Source: the human T2T-CHM13v2.0 reference genome, Homo sapiens. From it: a DNA stretch of 64,000 bases. Both the position numbers and the translations under genes were made by a program. The notes under the pieces are model-generated. The model was given only the letters and a program-made list of their open reading frames with translations, was not told the origin of the DNA and ran no database searches. The stretch lies in the NCBI RefSeq assembly GCF_009914755.1, contig NC_060931.1; one strand, 5' to 3'. Shown one piece after another: positions 56,261 to 64,000 of the stretch (the stretch's first letter is position 1; every line of letters starts with the position of its first letter).

Positions 56261-57513
56261 GAGCACAGTCACTTTTGGGAATTCTTGGCCATTATGTCTT
56301 CAAATATTGCTTTTGCTTGTTCTCTGTCCTTTCTATCCAATTGCCTGCATAATAAATGTTTTGACTATCTCACATCTCTCTTATGATCTTTTCTGTTTCT
56401 TCCTTTTTTTTTTTCAAATTTTTGCTTCAGTTTAGATATTTTCTATTGATCTGTCTTTGAGTTCATGAATCCTGTCTTCAGCCACCTCTAGACTGCTGTT
56501 TTACTTATCCAATCATTTTTTAATTGGAAGTATATTTTTCAGTTCTCAAATGTCTATTTGATTCTTTTATTGTTTTTCTTATTGCAGTTATTTGAAATTC
56601 TCTTTTCTATCCATTTTATACATTTTTTTCTATTTTATTTAACTTATAATAATTATCTTAAAGTCCTTGTCTGTTAACTCTAGTATTTGGAGCAATTCCT
56701 GATTTTTACGGATTCATGTATTTATTGTCTCTTTATTTTGAACCTGTGGATTTTAAAAAATCTAGATTTTGTTTTTAGCATGGTAGTAACAACTTGTGGT
56801 AGAAAGAGGAAGAACAGGGTAGGCACTGGCCCTTTTGTCAACTGAAAATAAGGGTTTGTTTTTCTGGGACTGCCTATATCATGTGCTGATTACTCAGGAT
56901 AGACAGTAAGAATAATAGCATTAAAGAAAGAAAAGAGATCAGTATGGTGTAAGTGATTAGTGTAATGTCAAGTATATACGTGTCTTAGCTGCTAATTTAA
57001 TTTGTAAATGCTATATAGAGACAGGCACTGAGCTAAACATTTTCAGAAAGTGATAATTATCTTGCTATTGTGGCTTCACTAGGTATGGTTCAGACCTGTG
57101 CTGTTTAACATAATATGTTGGTATTTATGATCTCATATAATCTGTAAATTTTTTCTTGATGTTTTAGCATCAATATATAATCAGCTAAGGATATTTTAAG
57201 TATGTGAGTTGGAGACAAGCTTTTAATTTAGTCCTCTAATAAAACTGTCATTTCCTATGCATTACTTTTGCAATATAGTAAAAATACTTAGTTTAGTAAA
57301 CATTTGAGAGAGTTTTTCTCTCAAGGATGATAAGATATTAACTAATAAAAGTAAACATTTCTGTTTACTGTGTTAATCAGAATGGGTTCTCAAAGTTGAT
57401 TATGATCATGACAATAATCCTATAATTATTTGTATTGTACATTATTTCCTCAATTCTTGTGTGCGGTGTACTTTTCTTCTCACTTTTTGGAGTGTTCATT
57501 TTCTTTTTTTAAG

Positions 57514-57604
57514 AACACGGCTCGATGAACTGAGAATGTTCTTAGAGAATGAGACTTGGGAACTTTGTCCTGTTAAGTCAAATTTCAGCATCTTGCAACT
57601 TCAT
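57514..57604 (+). CDS. VPS50: VPS50 exon 17 (91 nt, TRLDELRMF...SILQLH)
   Basis: tttttttaAG acceptor, CAT|GTAAGT donor, phase 2-0. Confidence 0.95.
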
Positions 57605-59881
57605 GTAAGTGTTTCTTAAGAACAAAGAAATCTGTCTTTTAGTAATGTATTTTACCCTTTTTTTTGAAAAAAAAAATCCAGAAATATATGAAAACATTTA
57701 TAAAATAAATTAAGGAGCAGTTTCTTATCTTCCTTCCTTGAAAGTCATTAGTAGCCAGCCTCTTTTTAAAGGAATGATCCTTTTATGGTTGCGAAAAATC
57801 AGTCTTACAAAATTCAGTTTACATACTTTAGGAAATCTCTTTTGCCTAAAAAGAGTTACAGTTAAAATGATATTTTTTGTTTGTTTTGAATTCAGAAAAG
57901 GGTGACTGCTGTATTTAAGTTTTGCAGATAATCAATTAGCTATATTTTGGCATAGTTTAATACAAATGCTTATTTATATTTGTAGAATATTTTTCATTTC
58001 TTAAAGGGACTAGTAGGTTCCTAATTTGTGCTGCAATTCTTAAATTTGCCTGTAATGAAAAAATGCCTCAGAAATAAAAGAGGCACTTATAAAAAATACT
58101 CTTAACTAATTTGTATTAGTTAATCAATTCCTGGAATACTTACAGAATAAGCAGTCTTTGAAAAAGTCTTTAATTGGTTTGATTTTTCCCTTGGTTGAAA
58201 CACATTGTAGATAAATATTCTTGTGTGAAAGATTGTGTTCTGGAAATATCAAGTGTCAAAATGCAGTGCATATAGTTAGATCCTTGTTCAGAAAGTATGG
58301 TGTGTTTAGTTTCTGCCTTTGGAAGGAGTGGCTTTCTAGAAAGCAATTTTCTTATTCTGGATAAATGTAAAGAATACATAATTACAAGTTTTTTTTTGAT
58401 AGGGATTGTCTTTATGCTCATATTGTATAATAGCTTCTTATCCAGTTTTATTATATTGTTTTCCTATTATAGAAATATTAAAAACCCTGGAACATAGCAA
58501 TTAATAAATGCTTTAAAGACAGCAAAATTAATGTTAATGTTAATTAGTATTAACATAAGCATTAACATTAAATTAACATAGGATTTAAGAATTCTCAAAG
58601 ATTTAAGGTAATTCCTTAACATTATTTAGAATTCTAAGTTTAACATAAATTTTAGAATATCTATTAAATAATTTTATTTGAACTCCTTTTTAACCATCAG
58701 ACTGTGTGTGTGTGCTGTCACGTTGTCAAACTTAGTATAATTGTAAGACATGTTTTTTAAAAAAGGCATGTTGAAGCATTCCCATCTAGGTGAACATTAT
58801 CTCCTTTAAAGTAGTTACCTTGAAAACTATTCACAGCTTAGTGTTCACCTGACATGCATTCATGTGGATTTGATTTTCTAAAAATTAGTCTCATTGATGT
58901 ATATTCACTCCTTATTTAGAATTATAAAAATAATGGCATGATTCTTAGGCATTATAATATATATGATTAAATGTATAGTTGAAATGCAAAAGGAAAATAA
59001 ACACATATATCATTTAATACAACAAGCCAATGTACCTTTCAAGAATTTTAAGAATACCTTTGAAGAATATCATTGAAAATGAATAAATTTAAATTTGGGA
59101 TTATTCTGTTTAGATAAAAGAAAAATGTTTGTTAAATTTTGTGATAAATCATTAAATCAAGATTTTTGTAATTCAAAGGAACTTTAGAGATTATTCCAAC
59201 TTTTCCTCTAATTAGCTGTGTGATGTTGAACTTTGCACTGAATCCCTTCAGACTGCCTCAGTTTCCTCATGTGGTTAATGCATGACTTAGACTGGGTCTT
59301 ACAACTCTTTAGCTTAGCTAGGAGTAGAAGACACATCATATGACTTTGGCATATATGTTTGTGTTGTCTGTTTCTTGGTATATAGCGAAAAGTAAATGAA
59401 AGTTTGTAGGCGTCAATGTAACACAGATATGTACTTCATACTTTATTTCTGATGTATTTGTACAGAATATCTTAAGTGGTGCAAGCATATGAAAAAGAGA
59501 AGTGTTTAACAATTAGTTTTCATAAATGACTTTATTGATTAGGATTTTTGCTGTTCTGTTAAAATTTTTAGAAGACATCATTCAGATTTCTTAAGCTATT
59601 TTAAAAAATGATCTCTGCAGTTTCTTAAAGGAAGCCAAAAGTAGCTTGATGCAGATGATACTGTTTTAAGTGATACCATTCACTGAGTTGTCTTTAGGAA
59701 AACCTTTAGATGTGTATTTCCAAGTTTGTGCTTTTAGATAACTTGAAAGATTTAAAAGTCAATAAACTGAAGATCAAGATGTTGTTTTTCTACTAACTCT
59801 ACATGTATATTGAGGGATTCGGTTTATGTACTAGAATTTTATTGTTGCTAAAGGGTATCTGGCTCCTTTTTTAACATCTAG

Positions 59882-60058
59882 GAATTTAAATTCATGGAAC
59901 AGTCTCGCTCCCCATCAGTTTCACCTAGTAAACAGCCAGTCTCAACTTCTTCAAAAACAGTGACCTTGTTTGAGCAGTACTGTAGTGGTGGGAATCCATT
60001 TGAAATTCAGGCCAACCACAAAGATGAAGAAACAGAAGATGTCTTAGCTTCTAATGGG
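59882..60058 (+). CDS. VPS50: VPS50 exon 18 (177 nt, [15 protein letters not shown]...VLASNG)
   Basis: ttaacatctAG acceptor, GGG|GTATGT donor, phase 0-0; overlaps ORF 59894-60082. Confidence 0.96.
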
Positions 60059-61125
60059 GTATGTGGTGTATGTGAAACATAAGTGAGTTTTTTTTATTTA
60101 AAACTGTTCTACTCAATGAACAAGGCAATTCACTACATTTACGTATCCATTTACTACCACCCTGCCTGCCTGTATACTTAATGTACCTATGCTATTACAT
60201 TTATAGATGATGACTTTACAATATGCTTTGTTGACCTTGTCCTCTTGAATAGTAAATTTTCCCTTTATGTTTGCTTTATGTTCTTATTACATGATGTTCT
60301 TATCAGGTTGCTAATCAAGTAGTAGTGTAATTTCTTCACTGAATATTTACGTGATATATTATGTGAATATTATGTGATATATTGTGAGATGACGGAATAG
60401 ATATCATCTACCCTTTTTCTCGACACCCTTTATGGGTCACTGATTCATTTTGTTCCATGTCCCTTTATCTAAGAGAAAGTGGTAATGTCTTGCATAGTTG
60501 CCTGGCAGGGATATTTTTTGAGATTTAGAAGTACAATGTTTTAACAACACTTTGAGGACCTCAAAAACAATATTAACTAGACGTAGTGTGAGTTAGTGGA
60601 AAGGATTTGAAGGCAAATAATGAATATCATCTTTATTATTTATCAGCTGTGTGGCCCTTGGCAAATTATTTTAACTTTGTGACCCTCAGTTTCTCCATAT
60701 TTACAGGGAGAGGAATGCTTGCTTCACAGTTCCTGCATGGTGTTTTCACAGTATTTTACTTGACTTAATATTTTGTTTGATGGTTTCTTCTGATCTTCAT
60801 AATTTCCATAATGACCCAATATGATTTTTATTTTTGATTTGATGAAGCTAAAGTGAAAACCATTCAGATGTGACAAAATATGTTGAAGGATTTGTCTTTA
60901 TATTTTATGTTAGTTTTAGAATTTATTTTTCATTTGGTGAAGACAAAATTCATTAAGTTTAAATTGTTTCATAGTAAGCCATATTTAAAATTATGATTCA
61001 GTGATTCTTTGTGACATTTTGCCTCTGTGAAGTTGGCTTAACCGAGAGGAATTTAAAGTCATTCCAATTATTTTGGAATAATATATCTCTCTATAAAAGT
61101 GATTCATTAATTAAAACTTAGATAG

Positions 61126-61711
61126 CATTTGATTCTCATTATTTGCAGCAGTGTGTTCTATAAAGTTGCTGTGAATACTAAATTAGCAAATACTGAACCA
61201 TTACTCCCAGAGCAAATATAGGATTAGGTTCCTGTGAGCCTCGGGTTACGACATGTTTATCAGCCCATCAGTACATAATCTGAATTCATAGCCAACAACG
61301 CTGTAACTCTTGCCTAAATGAAGCTTATCAGACACACATATTTTGTTTCTCAGGCACATCACAGCCTTCTTGTACTTAGAAACACTAGACAGCACTTCAA
61401 CGCAACACTTGCAGTGGCATTCTAAACAGTTAAATCACCAACAAAAAGCACAAAAATACAAAGCACTTGGCACTAAATAGGTCAAGAAAAGGAAACTTGT
61501 TTATAGTATGAGAGCCTAAGCAAGAAGGCAGAGCATGCCTTGTTTGTATTCAGCTGGGAACATGCATGTTGGATGACTCAAAGTTTTCACTGTTCTGCAC
61601 GTTTATGACTGACTCCAAAAATATCAGAAGTATTGACTTTAGGGTTACAAATAAATTTCAGTGAGTAGGCAAATTTGCAAACATTGAATCCTCAAATAAT
61701 GAGTATCTATG
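61126..61711. mobile_element. MER82-like TcMar-Tigger element
   Basis: Imperfect TIRs catttgattctcattatttg / caaataatgagtatctatg; internal gggttacaaataaatttcagtgagtaggcaaatttgcaaa. Confidence 0.75.
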
Positions 61712-62172
61712 ATACGGTGTGGTCACAAACCTCTGTTGTTGTAATCAGGACATCCTAGTTTATGTAGAATACCTTTCTGCATAGCATCAGGATCACATTG
61801 TGTATAAGTATAAAGGAGTACCTGTAAGGCTTGTTTGCAGTTATTAATGTGTGATCTGATCTTTCCAGGTGCAACTTATGTCCTTGAGAATCAGGGTCCA
61901 CATTTAAATACGACCTTTCATAGTGCTTTTTATTAACAGACTCTCAAAAAATAGTTGTTGAATTAGGGGGCTAAATTCTTTCCATGTTGTTATCATACTG
62001 GTTTCCTCAACTGTCATGTGGAGATAAAACTTCCTCATAGAAGTGTCTGTATGATTAAATGAGATAATTCATGAAAGCACTTAGCATAATACTTGGTTAA
62101 AAACTCAGTGTTAGCTATTACTTAATGATATTAATGTTAGCCATTTAATCGTATTAATCTATGACATTAATA

Positions 62173-62210
<38 letters not shown>
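62173..62210. repeat. (GAT)12 perfect trinucleotide repeat
   Basis: Uninterrupted GAT run in intron 18. Confidence 0.95.
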
Positions 62211-62211
<1 letters not shown>

Positions 62212-62877
62212 AGTGCTGTCACTGCTTCCTTTACTGTGTGCATGAATTCCACTGTCTTTCCCATGCTGGCATTGGGCCATGGTGCCATAAAGATGATGAA
62301 AATGTTAGGAAGACACCCTTTGTCTCAAGAGTAAATCCACCATTTTTGTCCTCATTCTCAGCAGGTCCCTGTGTTCTAAGCTTAATTTTCTAAGCTGCCC
62401 TCGGAATTAAATTTTATAGTGAATTAGAACATCAGCATGTGTGTTGCATGTGTTTATTAAGCTGAAGTAATACTTCCAGAATGCCAGAATTGGATACTGA
62501 ACCTCTTTTTAATGAGTTTTATTAGCAAATTGGAAATAAGTATGGTGAAACTTCTGAGAGACTTTAAGAAAAAAAAATGCGAATGTATACTCTTTAGGCC
62601 TAGTGGAATGTTTGTTAGGTTTTGGTTTATGGCGATTTGATTTTGTTGCACATTTTCAAGCTTTTATAGGTGTAATATTTTTCTTTTGTGCTGATTGAGG
62701 TAGAATGATGAAGACAATGGAAGAATAATTAGATTCTTGGTGACAACATTAAAGCTAAATTAAGAATTTTCTTGTATTTAGCTGTTTCTTATAAAACTGA
62801 GTACTTTCACTGTGTTGAGACACCCCACGAAAAGAGGCCCTTTATACTCATTTTTTAATAACCTGTGTTTTCTTCAG

Positions 62878-62996
62878 TATGAATCTGATGAACAAGAAAA
62901 GAGTGCCTATCAAGAGTATGACAGTGACAGTGATGTTCCTGAGGAACTCAAACGAGACTATGTGGATGAGCAGACAGGAGATGGTCCTGTGAAAAG
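62878..62996 (+). CDS. VPS50: VPS50 exon 19 (119 nt, YESDEQEKS...TGDGPVK-S)
   Basis: ttttcttcAG acceptor, AAG|GTGATT donor, phase 0-2; overlaps ORF 62812-63000. Confidence 0.96.
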
Positions 62997-64000
62997 GTGA
63001 TTGTTCTTAAATTGTGTGGTATTTAGCATTTTATCTTGTGCTCTTAACATATAGGATTTCCTTTAAGGTTAAGAAGAAACAAAAATTATTTTTTTTGGTA
63101 CTTATAATGTCACCTGACAGAAGTTAGTATGTTTTAAAAAATGATTCCTGGAAGGCTAAAAATGTGTTGTTCCTCTTAACATTTCATAACTGAATTTCAG
63201 GAAAACTAAAATAGTTATATGAAAAGTTCTGCCTTGCAAAACCTTTGCTGGTATCTCACAGATCAGTTCATCTAACTGTGAACTGGATTGTTAATGTGTC
63301 AAAAAAGAAATTGATTTAGCCATTTAAAAACTTTTAAGTGGCTAGTGTTAATGTAGCTTTCCTTTGAGTTATACAGTTTGTTTGACATTGCTTTTTGTAG
63401 CAAGATTCTAGTTCCTTTTTTATGGTATCACAAAGTTAGTGATTTGTTTAAATCTGTTAAAATTACTTTATTATCTTGTTGAAAATATTGGGCATAATCA
63501 AAGAGATTAGTTTTTGCAGAGGAAAAAGCCTTTAGATTTATAAAATCAATCCTGCCTTTGGTGGCCATTTATGCTTTACATAGATAAATAAAAATCCTCA
63601 AGGAGAAAATGGTCATTTGTTTTGTATGTGGAGTTCTTGCTTCAATCTTATAAACACAGAAAGTCGCCACTTATTTCCCCTATGTCATTTTTGTTCACTA
63701 TTTGAACCTTCTATCAAGGTGTCCTATTAGTGGTTGAGTTTTGTTTTATGATAAACTGACCTCTTCAAAACTATGATAATTATAAGAGAATTTTTTCTTA
63801 CCTTTTGCCAGTTAAATGGGCCTGATTCTGGAATGTTAAAATGACTTGATTTCATGACTATCATACATTTAGTGACTATAGATATACTTTTTGCTTAATG
63901 ATAGATTTCTTAATGATAGATTCTTAATGATAAGTATATTCTTATCGTTTAACCCTAAGCTACCTATTTAATACTGTTTAACTTGAAATCTCGACTGAAA

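Noticed and set aside
63894-63935. Three copies of cttaatgata(g) as a CRISPR-like or regulatory array
   Set aside because: Simple short tandem duplication with no spacers, in eukaryotic intron context

Overview
Primate (very likely human) genomic DNA, AT-rich, lying entirely inside one + strand gene: VPS50 (CCDC132, syndetin; the EARP-specific tethering subunit). Seventeen GT-AG coding exons (6709-62996) splice with consistent phases into one open frame (EEFRELREQ...TGDGPVK). From my recollection of the 964-aa human protein these are exons 3-19, residues about 35-582. The gene's start and end lie outside the window. Introns carry 9 Alus, L1PA and older L1M fragments, a near-complete Tigger1, MER1A/MER2/MER58A/MER82/hAT MITEs, THE1/MLT1/MER31-67-type LTRs, L2, MIR and microsatellites. 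Most notable structure: (1) a 28-nt stop-restart micro-exon at 158-185 that would end the normal frame and restart it as MLTL-; (2) read-through of the exon-12 donor into a stop plus tandem AATAAA, giving a truncated isoform; (3) minor-spliceosome-like signals at both ends of the otherwise U2-type intron 10; (4) an NPF-E motif in the Ser-rich exon 18; (5) inverted Alu/L1 pairs that could support RNA editing or circRNA. I see no evidence for a wholly new gene system. Most ORF-track entries are repeat-derived or chance. Exon numbers, isoform recollections and repeat subfamilies come from memory of reference/consensus sequences and need database confirmation.
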